Positions 19,522 through 29,415 are shown, counted from the first letter of the stretch. The stretch: 64,000 nt of DNA from Candidatus Kapaibacterium sp. (GCA_963664875.1 OY761611.1:1792001-1856000); one strand, 5' to 3'. Notes: a model not told the origin generated them from the letters alone. Numbers and translations are program-made.

Positions 19522-20616
19522 TTGAATAATATAGATAGCATCCTCTTACAAGACAATTTTACAAAAGAAGATATTGTCTCTCTGCTCGCTATTGAGTCAG
19601 ACGAGGACATGGAAAAACTACGCAAGCGAGCCAACGACGTGCTAATGGAACACGTCGGCGAAAAGATATTTCTGCGTGGTTTAGTCGAGTTTTCCAATAT
19701 CTGTGCTTTAGATTGCAACTATTGCGGCATCAGAAAAAGCAACAAAAATGTACACCGCTACCAGCTCACTAAAGATGAAGTAGTCAGTGCAGCTAAGTGG
19801 TGCGCCGATAAAGGATACGGCTCTTTTGTGCTACAGTCAGGCGAAAGAAGTGATAGCCATTTTATAGATTACGTATGCGATTTGCTTCGAGGCGTAAAAG
19901 ATGCTTCCAAATCGGAACAACTACCGAACGGGCTTGGCATAACTCTCTCCATTGGCGAGCAAACGAAAGAGGACTATCAAAAGTTATATGATGCCGGAGC
20001 TCACCGCTTCCTTCTTCGCATCGAATCTACAAATAGAGAACTTTTCGATAAAATACACCCGCACTCTCAGTCTTTTGAAAGTCGCATCAAAGCGATGCAA
20101 AATCTGCGTGAAGTAGGTTTTCAGGTGGGAACAGGCGTTATGATTGGTCTGCCCGGACAAACTTTGGATGACCTCGCAGGAGACATTCTTTTCTTCAAGG
20201 AGCAGGATGTTGACATGATTGGCATGGGGCCTTACCTTGTGCATAGAGATACACCTATGGCAGATTACTATGCAACATGGCTCGAACGCAAAGACGAAAT
20301 AACAAAACTCGCTCTGAAGATGATAGCCGTTACAAGGATTGTGCTGAAAGATGTAAATATTGCCTCTACAACTGCACTTGAGACAATTCATCCGAGTGGA
20401 AAAGAAAAAGGACTGATGCACGGAGCAAATGTAATCATGCCTATGCTCACTCCCGAAAACATACGCGCAAACTACAAACTCTACGAGGGCAAGCCAACAG
20501 GCGACAACTTCAAATCGGAACAAGGCGGAGACTCCCCTATTCTAAAAATTGCCGGAAGAGAAGTAAACTACGGCTCATGGGGCGATTCCAAGCATTTTGA
20601 GAGAAAGAGGAAGTAA
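19522..20616 (+). CDS. hydE: [FeFe]-hydrogenase H-cluster radical SAM maturase HydE
   Basis: RGLVEFSNICALDCNYC, DMIGMGPY, GANVIMP, YKLYEGK; adjacent to hydG. Confidence 0.88.
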   Translation: MNNIDSILLQDNFTKEDIVSLLAIESDEDMEKLRKRANDVLMEHVGEKIFLRGLVEFSNICALDCNYCGIRKSNKNVHRYQLTKDEVVSAAKWCADKGYGSFVLQSGERSDSHFIDYVCDLLRGVKDASKSEQLPNGLGITLSIGEQTKEDYQKLYDAGAHRFLLRIESTNRELFDKIHPHSQSFESRIKAMQNLREVGFQVGTGVMIGLPGQTLDDLAGDILFFKEQDVDMIGMGPYLVHRDTPMADYYATWLERKDEITKLALKMIAVTRIVLKDVNIASTTALETIHPSGKEKGLMHGANVIMPMLTPENIRANYKLYEGKPTGDNFKSEQGGDSPILKIAGREVNYGSWGDSKHFERKRK

Positions 20617-20687
20617 GAGAGTAGCTCTTCCACCAGTATCAAGGCTCGTTTGGGACTTACACCTATCGTAACCGTGCCGGGAGCACG

Positions 20688-20721
20688 AAAAAAAAGACTC
20701 TATGAATTATATCATAGAGTC
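20688..20721 (-). terminator. Intrinsic terminator closing the minus-strand lipoprotein/small-ORF cluster
   Basis: GACTCTATGA...TCATAGAGTC with an 8-T tail on the minus strand. Confidence 0.7.
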
Positions 20722-20772
20722 CAATAATAGGTAAGGAAAAAATATTTTCCCAAACAGTACTTGTTATAATTG

Positions 20773-21138
20773 CTAAGTTTCTTTGTTTCGAGACATATTC
20801 CCAAAAAACGCTAAAAAAGTTCCATATGATTGAACAATCATGCTTGGTGACATCAGTATTTGGATAATATCGAAATCATTTGCACTATTTAGAAAAAAAA
20901 GATACAAAGAAATAAGAAGCAATATTTCCGATGCATACCTCATCATAATATATACTTTTTTTTCTTTAAAATTGAAAAACAATCTGTTAATTAAGACAAT
21001 ATTGCTAAACAATAATATTAAATGTGCTTCTGAGTTTGCATACTTATCAAAAATAAATATACTATACAGTAAGAACAACTCTATACTTGCTAAAACAATG
21101 AAACCGGTCACCAATAGTGCAGTATTTCTTTTTTTCAT
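20773..21138 (-). CDS. Hypothetical membrane protein (about 4 TM)
   Basis: 121-aa hydrophobic ORF with basic N-terminus, followed by a minus-strand terminator. Confidence 0.55.
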   Translation of the reverse strand: MKKRNTALLVTGFIVLASIELFLLYSIFIFDKYANSEAHLILLFSNIVLINRLFFNFKEKKVYIMMRYASEILLLISLYLFFLNSANDFDIIQILMSPSMIVQSYGTFLAFFGNMSRNKET

Positions 21139-21204
21139 AATATTCTACTTCTTTTTAATCACCGAAAAAACGAGCAAAACTGTTATATATTAAGGTAGCC
21201 GTGT

Positions 21205-21441
21205 TCATTGCTTCCTTCTTTTTAGCAGTGCATCTTTGCTATATTTTACTCCATAGATGATGACATGCGGAAGAATAGCTATATTAATCATAAAAAAGTA
21301 AACATGCAGCAAATCTAACTCTATCAAAACTAAGACCGCTATAAATATCAGCACTTCTATATATAGATATATCGGTTTCATGTCATACCTGCGATTATAA
21401 ATTACAATTCGCAAAATACACAATATTATATTCATTTTCAT
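21205..21441 (-). CDS. Small hypothetical membrane protein (start may be the internal MKPIY)
   Basis: Two hydrophobic stretches and a basic tail. Confidence 0.4.
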   Translation of the reverse strand: MKMNIILCILRIVIYNRRYDMKPIYLYIEVLIFIAVLVLIELDLLHVYFFMINIAILPHVIIYGVKYSKDALLKRRKQ

Positions 21442-21735
21442 ATAGAATACAGCATAGAGTGTAAGTTTTATGCTCTATTAGCTACTATTTACCTATACTA
21501 CCTGCTAAAAGCTACCTGAGAAGCCTGACCGTCTAAGTGCTGGATGCCAAGGCTGTTAAATCTAAAGTTTTGCCTTTTAAGGAGTATTTGGAGTTAAATG
21601 TTTTTATTATTTATGACTATGCTGATAGTTTGTTTCAATTATAGTAATCAAAGGGCTCTGTTTATCATTGTCGAAGAACATGATATTACATAATCAGAAA
21701 AAGTTCTACAAATACAGTTCAGAATCAATAGACTA

Positions 21736-21924
21736 TCAAACAAAAAGCCAAAACAAAACAACTACTAATGCCACATAGCAACTGAAAAAAATATACTTTT
21801 TATTTCTGTTGCCAAAGAATATATTCGATACTTTGGCATATAAAACAGGATTGTTCTTTTCTGTTTTATGTTTCAGAATAAAAATCGAAAATAATATTCC
21901 AAAATACAATAAAAACAATACCAT
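21736..21924 (-). CDS. Small hypothetical membrane protein (2 TM), candidate immunity protein
   Basis: 62 aa, two hydrophobic segments, directly downstream of the lipoprotein at 21998..22897. Confidence 0.4.
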   Translation of the reverse strand: MVLFLLYFGILFSIFILKHKTEKNNPVLYAKVSNIFFGNRNKKYIFFSCYVALVVVLFWLFV

Positions 21925-21958
21925 AGGATTTACCCTAAAATTATTTTTTGAATTCTAT

Positions 21959-21987
21959 GTAGGTTTAGGTCGAAAACCTAAACCTAC
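21959..21987. other. Perfect 12-bp hairpin after the lipoprotein stop
   Basis: GTAGGTTTAGGT-CGAAA-ACCTAAACCTAC; no U-tail on the coding strand. Confidence 0.7.
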
Positions 21988-21997
21988 GTATGTTTGA

Positions 21998-22897
21998 TTA
22001 ATCCCACCAACCGAAAAGATATTTACCTGCTGCGGCAACTCCACAAACAACTGCATTGGTCACCACTACAGCAGAACTACCAGAGGCAGCTGCAGCACCT
22101 GGCAAAGCTCCGATTCCTCCTGTACAAACACCACCTGCAATTGCTCCAGCAGCATCAGCTAATACAGTTCCAACTGCACAAGCAGCAACAGCAGCTTCTG
22201 TTTTTCCAATCTTTTTAGAAACTACATTTTGTTCTTTTGCTCCTAACAACTTGCTTACGTTAAATTCATAAGAATGTTTCACGATAGCAATAGTTTTAAG
22301 AGCCATAGTTTCTTCTTCATCCCATGTCTCTTGTAAAATCTTACTTTCTACTGCTTGAATTCGATTAGCAATACTTGCCAAAGTAAACATCTCCTCTCCT
22401 TCAATAATATTTCGTAATTCATCAAAAATGTAAACTACCATATTAGCATCTTTCTCAGAAGTACAGCCATATATGGTCTCTCTTAATGAGGATGTCAGAA
22501 AATAGCCTGTGTTTAGTTCGTTTACTGCTGTTTTAAATCCGTTAGATATTAGGAAATCATCCACTTCTTGTTCAGATACGTTTAGGGACTGATTATTAAG
22601 AGCTCCAGTGATAATAGTCAACACTTTGCTATTAAAGTTGTCATCTTCATAGTTAGAAGTACTAGTAAACTCACCTGATTGGTAGTAAGGCAATAATTGC
22701 TGAAAAACTTCTTCCATAGCTTTATTATGTATTTCGCCTAAGTAATCATAGGGATTTACTAACTGTACTTGGACACTATTTGTTATAGTATTGTTTGACA
22801 TTGCAGGAACAACAGATTCATTGTCTTCTGTACAACTCATCAAACCAAAGATTGAAAGCGATAATGCCATTAAGGCAAGGATAATTTTTGTTTTCAT
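21998..22897 (-). CDS. Lipoprotein with Gly/Ala-rich (glycine-zipper-like) hydrophobic C-terminus
   Basis: Lipobox LMSC; NPYDYLGEIHN motif; tail VLADAAGAIAGGVCTGGIGALPGAAAASG...FGWWD. Confidence 0.75.
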   Translation of the reverse strand: MKTKIILALMALSLSIFGLMSCTEDNESVVPAMSNNTITNSVQVQLVNPYDYLGEIHNKAMEEVFQQLLPYYQSGEFTSTSNYEDDNFNSKVLTIITGALNNQSLNVSEQEVDDFLISNGFKTAVNELNTGYFLTSSLRETIYGCTSEKDANMVVYIFDELRNIIEGEEMFTLASIANRIQAVESKILQETWDEEETMALKTIAIVKHSYEFNVSKLLGAKEQNVVSKKIGKTEAAVAACAVGTVLADAAGAIAGGVCTGGIGALPGAAAASGSSAVVVTNAVVCGVAAAGKYLFGWWD

Positions 22898-22968
22898 TTT
22901 GATATCTGTAATTAGTTTTTACATTAAGTAATTGAATTACTATTGCTTTTAAGCGAAAAAGCAATAAT

Positions 22969-23059
22969 TTACAGTGCATGATTTCGTGTAAGTCAAACAT
23001 TTCGAAATCACGTGCGTTTTGTAGCCGATTACTCCCCAGTATCGGCTCTTTTTTTGCCG
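22969..23059. repeat. 91-bp element, copy 1 (upstream of the lipoprotein starting at 22897)
   Basis: Identical to 24211..24301; contains two hairpins. Confidence 0.95.
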
Positions 23060-23271
23060 TTTGTGTAATTTAGTTATAGTTTTTAGAACACTTTACTCCT
23101 GTTTCTTATTGAATATGATATTCCTATTTCGTAAAACTGATTTTTGAAGTTAAATGTTCCAAAATAGAACAACCATTTTGCAAAGAAAATTATTACAAGT
23201 ATACTTTATAATACAAAATTAGCGAGTTAACTTTTATGTATTCATCCTATTACATATTAGTATGCTATATT

Positions 23272-24138
23272 TTATTTTCCCCAGTTGCCTAAGTCAACTT
23301 CTCCCAACCAAACCTCAGCTATATCAGGCTCGAGTTTAACAAGCCCCATTTTAATTAACACTTCAAGCCATGAACCAGGTAAAACAACTACACCTTTCAA
23401 GCTAATAAAACCATCAGGCATAAACTTGATATTCCCATTGCCAAACCAGAACAAACTCCCCAAAAACATTTGCATAGTCGGCTTAGTAAAGATTGGCAAT
23501 TCACCTTCATAGTCCGGTTTACAGCCGGTTTGGACAAACCAAACATCTTTATCTTCATCTATAAGATTATTCCAATATACTGCATTAGCAAGACTTAGTT
23601 CACAAGCATTAAGTAAGATACTTTTTTTCGAGGACAACAATCCAAAATCACTATTAATTGCTTTTTTTATTTCAGTGATTTTAGAATCCATCTCAGCTAT
23701 ATCATTAACATTTGCAATTATATCTGCGATTTGTCTGATATAATTTTTCACTAAATCAGAAATATTCGCATTATTATAATAATCCTGTAATGAGATCGAT
23801 TGTATCATTGTGTAATTTTCTACAATCCAATCGTTGAATTCTGTCGGAATTGAATTCATATCTGAAGCTACAAATATGTTGCTCTTGTACATATTGCTAA
23901 AGCTCTGATAATCACATAATCCAATGAATTGATCTTTTAAACTAAAAAAATTATGCCAAGTTTGATTAAGCTGGTAAGAAACCTCAGTATTCAATATGCT
24001 AAGTTTTGACACATTTGAACTGCTAAATTCGCTTGAATTATCTGATGGCATTGTGTTAGAAGCTTGTTCCGTACAACTCATAAGACCAAAGATAGAAATC
24101 GATAATGCCATAATAGCAAGAATAATTTTTGTTTTCAT
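23272..24138 (-). CDS. Hypothetical lipoprotein
   Basis: Signal peptide MKTKIILAIMALSISIFGLMSCTE nearly identical to its neighbour; mature part divergent. Confidence 0.75.
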   Translation of the reverse strand: MKTKIILAIMALSISIFGLMSCTEQASNTMPSDNSSEFSSSNVSKLSILNTEVSYQLNQTWHNFFSLKDQFIGLCDYQSFSNMYKSNIFVASDMNSIPTEFNDWIVENYTMIQSISLQDYYNNANISDLVKNYIRQIADIIANVNDIAEMDSKITEIKKAINSDFGLLSSKKSILLNACELSLANAVYWNNLIDEDKDVWFVQTGCKPDYEGELPIFTKPTMQMFLGSLFWFGNGNIKFMPDGFISLKGVVVLPGSWLEVLIKMGLVKLEPDIAEVWLGEVDLGNWGK

Positions 24139-24210
24139 ATTTTTAACTGTAATATGATTCTACATTATTTTATTGAATTCCTATTGCTTCTTTTCAAAAA
24201 AAGCAATATA

Positions 24211-24301
24211 TTACAGTGCATGATTTCGTGTAAGTCAAACATTTCGAAATCACGTGCGTTTTGTAGCCGATTACTCCCCAGTATCGGCTCTTTTTTTGCC
24301 G
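24211..24301. repeat. 91-bp element, copy 2 (upstream of the lipoprotein starting at 24138)
   Basis: Identical to 22969..23059. Confidence 0.95.
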
Positions 24302-24632
24302 AAATTATTTTTTACTTTTTGTCAAGAAATATATCACCTATAAATCAATGAATAAACTATTTTCGTCTGTTATTATAGTCAAATATCAACAGCACTAATT
24401 TAGCAATTTCTCAAAAAAAAAAAAAACGAAAATGCTATGTTTCTTTAGCATTCATAATTCAAACTATCCTTGATAACATGGGCTATGCAATGACTTATAT
24501 TCTAACATAATGATTTAACACTATTTACCGCTGAATTTCTGTCGTTATATAGTATTATTTTTACAATAAGAACTATTATGAATGAGTATTTTAATACACC
24601 TATAATTTATTCATTATTTTATTCATTTTTAC

Positions 24633-24668
24633 AAAAAAAGAGCATAAGACCTGCATCCTATGCTCTTT
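24633..24668 (-). terminator. Intrinsic terminator of the esterase gene
   Basis: AAAGAGCATA...TATGCTCTTT with T-tail on the minus strand. Confidence 0.7.
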
Positions 24669-24690
24669 GATATGAATATCTGTATAGCAA

Positions 24691-26553
24691 CTATTGCACT
24701 ATTACTTTTACATTTTTTCCGTTGAGGATTAAATTGTAAACTCCGGCGGAAAGTGCTCTTAAATCAAGCTGTTTCCCGTCCGCTTTTACTGCAGAAGTAA
24801 CATCATTACCTAAAATATCAACTACTTTATATGTACTTGGTAGCTCAGTATTGATTGTAATAAAGTCAGCTGTAGGATTAGGGAATACTGAGATTTCTTC
24901 TTCGTTTGTTTCTTCTACTGAAACATTAGGATCTAAGATAATATTATCTATAAGAGTCATACCGCCCATTGCTCCATAAACTGAGAATTTGAATTGAGCG
25001 TGTTCGGACATATATTTAGAATCAAGATCAATTCTTTCAGTTCTCCAGTTTTCCTCTGCCGGTTTTACATTGTAGATATAAGTCTGTTCAAATATATCTT
25101 TGAATGGCTCATCATAAGTCGCAAGCTCTTCTCTTGTTTTTCTGTATATCTCTTCGAAAGTTTTACCACCGTCTATTGAGATTTCTACTACAAGAGTATC
25201 AGAGTAAATATATTCTGTTCCCTGAATATTATAATGGAAGTAGTTATAAGCAACATCAAAAGATAAATATGGAGCCATACCATCAATATTAAAGAATGGA
25301 GAAATCAGCTCATCTTTGAAGCCTTCGTAGTTAAATACCATAAGTGTAGGATTGCTGTAAAATGCCATAGCATAGTTGTCTCCATCTTGGTAAGGTTGCC
25401 AAGTTTCTAGTTGAGGGGATTCTTCTAAAAACCAATCATTTTCTAATTCGTTACCCGGAGCAGGATTGAATACATAAGGCAATTTATGAGGTTCCTCTGT
25501 GTAATAAATTGTATGTACAGTTTCTTCCTCTTCTTCTTTTGCTACGCCATTTACTTCCAGTACTTTGAAAGAAATATCATTTAGTCCCGGCTCTAAAGCA
25601 CCTGCTTCCACTTCGAGCGATTCAAAAACGTACTGTTCAGCTTCGCCTTCCCAAGTATATTCGTATGAATTAGTACCATTAGAAACTTCAAATTTGCAAG
25701 AAGTGATAGAGTTGTCTCCGGCACCTCTAAATCTGATATTAAACTTAGGTGTTTCTTCCAAAGTGTTGTTCGGTGAATCTATATCCATGATTTCTACTAT
25801 GTCGTTGCCCATATTGTCCCCGTTAAAAGCAACCTGTGCAACCGGGAACGCATGATAAACAATAGAGTGTCCCATATCAGGAATCACAAAGTGACGCATA
25901 ATTGCATTGTATTTTTCTAAACTGTCAACTACCATCTGAATTGGTTCTAAATAAAAAATATCATCAGCACCATTTGTAATAATCATAGGAACCTTTCTTG
26001 CATTTTCATAACGAATGCGTTCGAAAATGCCTAAATCAGCATATAAATTCATTGCATCTTTCGGCCCTTGCACTGCAGGAGTATTTAGTATTAGAGTATG
26101 AAATTTTTCCGGGTACTGCAAACCATAGCACATAGCCGAGCGCGCACCAAGAGAAAAGCCTTCAAGAAATATTCTGTCTTCAGCTACATTGTAGTTTGCT
26201 TTAACATAGTCGATACACTTGTCAACTATAGTAATGTCTTCACGAGGCTCGTAGAAGTCTCTGTTTTGGTCATCGCCACCATCAGGAATAACATAAATAT
26301 AGTTATTATACATTGGGTCTAATTCCGCAACAGATTTAGCAAAAGCTGCCATATTCGCAGAGTTGTCACCCAAACCATGTAGCATAATCATTACATCATA
26401 AGCTTTTGTACCATCGTAATCCAAAGGTACATAAAGCGAAACAGGTCTGTCTTCATCCAAATGAGGAAGTGTGATATTAATTAAGCCGGTTTCCTGCGAA
26501 AAAGCAGTGCCAAAGCAAATAAATAAAGCGAGTAGAGTAGATAAGTATTTCAA
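24691..26553 (-). CDS. Secreted alpha/beta-hydrolase (esterase-like) with T9SS C-terminal domain
   Basis: Signal peptide, LHGLG, nucleophile elbow GFSLG, NGADD and MGH triad candidates, CTD VFPNPT...LSAGVYNL. Confidence 0.85.
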   Translation of the reverse strand: MKYLSTLLALFICFGTAFSQETGLINITLPHLDEDRPVSLYVPLDYDGTKAYDVMIMLHGLGDNSANMAAFAKSVAELDPMYNNYIYVIPDGGDDQNRDFYEPREDITIVDKCIDYVKANYNVAEDRIFLEGFSLGARSAMCYGLQYPEKFHTLILNTPAVQGPKDAMNLYADLGIFERIRYENARKVPMIITNGADDIFYLEPIQMVVDSLEKYNAIMRHFVIPDMGHSIVYHAFPVAQVAFNGDNMGNDIVEIMDIDSPNNTLEETPKFNIRFRGAGDNSITSCKFEVSNGTNSYEYTWEGEAEQYVFESLEVEAGALEPGLNDISFKVLEVNGVAKEEEEETVHTIYYTEEPHKLPYVFNPAPGNELENDWFLEESPQLETWQPYQDGDNYAMAFYSNPTLMVFNYEGFKDELISPFFNIDGMAPYLSFDVAYNYFHYNIQGTEYIYSDTLVVEISIDGGKTFEEIYRKTREELATYDEPFKDIFEQTYIYNVKPAEENWRTERIDLDSKYMSEHAQFKFSVYGAMGGMTLIDNIILDPNVSVEETNEEEISVFPNPTADFITINTELPSTYKVVDILGNDVTSAVKADGKQLDLRALSAGVYNLILNGKNVKVIVQ

Positions 26554-26593
26554 CTCAAGTTCTCCCGATTAGTAACAGTAAATACAAAATGTT

Positions 26594-26622
26594 TTATATG
26601 ATTAGCACAAATATATGTAAAA
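26594..26622 (-). promoter_or_regulatory. 29-bp promoter element, copy 1
   Basis: Minus strand TTTTACATATATTTGTGCTAATCATATAA contains TAnnTTTG; identical at 29414..29442. Confidence 0.7.
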
Positions 26623-26642
26623 CTGTGAACATAAAACAATTA

Positions 26643-26675
26643 AAAATGACGATTCGTTTTAACAAGAATCGTCAT
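26643..26675 (-). terminator. Intrinsic terminator after the AT-rich T9SS gene
   Basis: ATGACGATTC...GAATCGTCAT plus T-tail on the minus strand. Confidence 0.65.
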
Positions 26676-26716
26676 CAAATAAATAAGTGAAATATCTATA
26701 TAAACATCTTCTTTTT

Positions 26717-26821
26717 TCAGGTTTTCTCAACTTTGTGTAAAGGATAGTTCGATATCATTATCTTTGGTGCAGTAAGTGCTAGAACGATAGCAAAACCATA
26801 CTTAAATAAATTGGATAACAT
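26717..26821 (-). pseudogene. 34-aa signal-peptide-like ORF, probable truncated gene remnant
   Basis: AGGAGG RBS, then MLSNLFKYGFAIVLALTAPKIMISNYPLHKVEKT*. Confidence 0.3.
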
Positions 26822-26826
26822 GATAA

Positions 26827-29244
26827 TTACCTCCTATTAATATTAATTATTTTTGAAATCTTTTTATTATTCATCTTAATTTCTAATATGTATTCTCCCA
26901 TAGAAAGATTGTATGGTAACACAATCGTCGCTGCATCGGAAAACCACATATCTTGGTGCAATACTAAATTCCCGGTAATATCATACAATAAAACCGTTGC
27001 GTTACCTCTATAATCTGACATATTCCTAATATGAACATAATTGACAGCAGGATTTGGAAAAAGTTGGAATTCTGATTCTACACTACCTTCCATTTCCTCA
27101 ATTACAGATAAAACATTACCAATATCTAATATAGATATGTTTTCTATTCTTCTAAACGAATTATTATCTCCATTTGGAACCGTATTTGCAGAAAACAAAT
27201 AAACAGATTTTTTGTCCTTAGACAGAATTGGATATATATAACTGTGTTTTAATTTTGGAATAGCCTTACTTAGATCAATATTTTGTATTATCTGTTCATT
27301 ATCTACATCGAGTATCAACATGTTTTCTGTGTCAAAATTACAAACAATCATATTGGAAGACTGTGGTACAGATATTATACTAGCACTTTCGTTATCACTT
27401 GAGCCTAATTGGTTATAAAACAAACTCGAAAAACTATCTTCATTAATGTGCAACTTTATACAAATGTCATAGTCATATGATAATATATACAACAAAGAAT
27501 CATTGTCAGGTATATCATAAGAAGCAAACTGATTATATATCTCATTTGTCTGAAAAAAAACTCCACCCTTGAAAGGAATTACTTTTTCATCTATCAGTGA
27601 ATACTTCGCAAATGAAAACAAATTATTATCATCATACTCTTTATCGATGTCTTTTTTTGCTGTCACCAGTATAAGCTCATAGTTATCGATTAATAGTAAG
27701 TCAGATATAACAGTATTGGTTGAATACTGTTGAACAACTTTATCTAATGATATATCATAAATAATAATATCACCAGAATATGTTGTAAGAATAATATTTT
27801 CAGAGTTTTTGTAGAAGTGAATAGAGCTAATATCTTCGTCATATTGTATAGTCTGTTTCAAAGACATATCTGATGCATTTAATATCCTAATTGTATTATA
27901 TATTGATAACTCTTCATCTCTTACCAACATAGCAACATATTGATCATCTATAGAAATATCAAACTTGCCTTCATTCATATTATCACAATAATAAAAATCT
28001 TCAATTATAGAAGTAGATGGATCATATTTACATACATAACTAGTATTATAAGAATAATCATAGCATCTAGTACTGATGCACATATCATCAGATTTATTAT
28101 AACGTTTTATATTGTTAACATTTCCTGGCAAAGTGAGTAATTTTGTCTTAGAGTCAGAATAGTCTGATAATAATAAAAATTGATCTGCTATTGAAATAAC
28201 TCTGGAATTACCTATATAATTCCCTGTCGCCAATATAGGAGAACTATAGCTCAACAGAGGTTGCTCATATTTCGGAGATGATATATCATTCAAATCATAA
28301 GTACAAATCTTTGCATTATTCATAGCTGTAAAAGTATTATATTTTTTATTTATATTACATTGATAGCTAGAATTAAAATCTAATGTTTGCCGATTTTTTA
28401 AGTTTGAATCTAAAACATTCAGACTATAACAACTATTATTAGCATTATAGCCTACAAATATGATTTTATCTCCTGATTCAAACAATCTACCATAAGCTCC
28501 ATAAACAATATTGCCAGTAATATCTCGCATACTATAATTAATAGTCTCATCATACTCACCAGACTCGGTCAATGCAATCAAACGCCCATTAGTACTTTGA
28601 TCATAAACTAAACAAAGCAATTTATTATTAAAGTAACAAACATCAAGAGGACCACCTTTGTACTTTTCAGTCACATTTACAACCCAATTTATTTGCATTG
28701 TTTCTATATTCATAGATAATATTTCTCCATTACCATAAATGCAGAAATAGTCTGTATCCGAAATAGAAGTTCGAATTGGTATTTTCACATTATCCAATTT
28801 TACAATATCAGTAAATTCTTTATTTATGATATCATACTTTATAATGTAACTAGCTTTATGTTTTCCCCACTCTCCTTGGTAGCCATTTATTAGAATATAT
28901 CTATCATCTCTACTAATAATAGGGCACTGTGGAAAAAACCCAACAGTATCAATATTATCATTCGTAATTACATCAGCTAACTCACAATCTGAATTTCTAT
29001 ATAGCATTAACATCCCTGATCCTTGTGGTTCTGATTCTACCTCAGAACCATTTGCAATCAAAGAGAAAATTCCACTCTCACTGGTGTATATCCTATTTAG
29101 ATGAACGAGATCCCCAGCTTGATATCTAAAATATTTTGTCCCGGCTAAAGAACTGCCTTGCAATTGAGTCGTGAAACTAGCCAATAAAATCGCCCAAATA
29201 AAAAACAATATATTAATTGACAACAACATTCTAAAAACTTTCAT
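26827..29244 (-). CDS. T9SS-secreted protein, probable beta-propeller
   Basis: Signal peptide, beta-rich repeats (e.g. SSIHFYKNSENIILTTYSGDIIIYD), CTD LFPNPA...GEYILEI; visibly more AT-rich than its neighbours; ATG at 29244 after GGAG. Confidence 0.75.
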   Translation of the reverse strand: MKVFRMLLSINILFFIWAILLASFTTQLQGSSLAGTKYFRYQAGDLVHLNRIYTSESGIFSLIANGSEVESEPQGSGMLMLYRNSDCELADVITNDNIDTVGFFPQCPIISRDDRYILINGYQGEWGKHKASYIIKYDIINKEFTDIVKLDNVKIPIRTSISDTDYFCIYGNGEILSMNIETMQINWVVNVTEKYKGGPLDVCYFNNKLLCLVYDQSTNGRLIALTESGEYDETINYSMRDITGNIVYGAYGRLFESGDKIIFVGYNANNSCYSLNVLDSNLKNRQTLDFNSSYQCNINKKYNTFTAMNNAKICTYDLNDISSPKYEQPLLSYSSPILATGNYIGNSRVISIADQFLLLSDYSDSKTKLLTLPGNVNNIKRYNKSDDMCISTRCYDYSYNTSYVCKYDPSTSIIEDFYYCDNMNEGKFDISIDDQYVAMLVRDEELSIYNTIRILNASDMSLKQTIQYDEDISSIHFYKNSENIILTTYSGDIIIYDISLDKVVQQYSTNTVISDLLLIDNYELILVTAKKDIDKEYDDNNLFSFAKYSLIDEKVIPFKGGVFFQTNEIYNQFASYDIPDNDSLLYILSYDYDICIKLHINEDSFSSLFYNQLGSSDNESASIISVPQSSNMIVCNFDTENMLILDVDNEQIIQNIDLSKAIPKLKHSYIYPILSKDKKSVYLFSANTVPNGDNNSFRRIENISILDIGNVLSVIEEMEGSVESEFQLFPNPAVNYVHIRNMSDYRGNATVLLYDITGNLVLHQDMWFSDAATIVLPYNLSMGEYILEIKMNNKKISKIININRR

Positions 29245-29266
29245 GAATCTCTCCAAAATTTGGTGG

Positions 29267-29415
29267 TTCAAAAATATTTGGTCAGCTCCGCCTTCCTCAG
29301 TGTATTCGTAGCTGTTTATACTATTAGAAACTTCAAACTTACATGAATCGATAGAGTTCTCGACCGCACTTCTATATCTGATTGTAGATTTTGGTATTTC
29401 TTCTAATGTATTATT
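29267..29415 (-). pseudogene. Relic fragment paralogous to an internal part of the esterase gene (25621..25770)
   Basis: Translates NNTLEEIPKSTIRYRSAVENSIDSCKFEVSNSINSYEYTEEGGADQ versus esterase NNTLEETPKFNIRFRGAGDNSITSCKFEVSNGTNSYEYTWEGEAEQ (33/46 identical); no start codon. Confidence 0.85.

Noticed and set aside
18109-20616. thiH/bioB assignment for the radical SAM pair
   Set aside because: The C-terminal CxxC...C motif and the HydE-type YxLYxGK motif favour hydG/hydE
22969-24301. c-di-GMP-I or other known riboswitch, or tRNA, in the 91-bp repeat
   Set aside because: GGCAAA is present but the GAAA tetraloop/GACGCAAA core is absent and there is no cloverleaf; not assignable by eye
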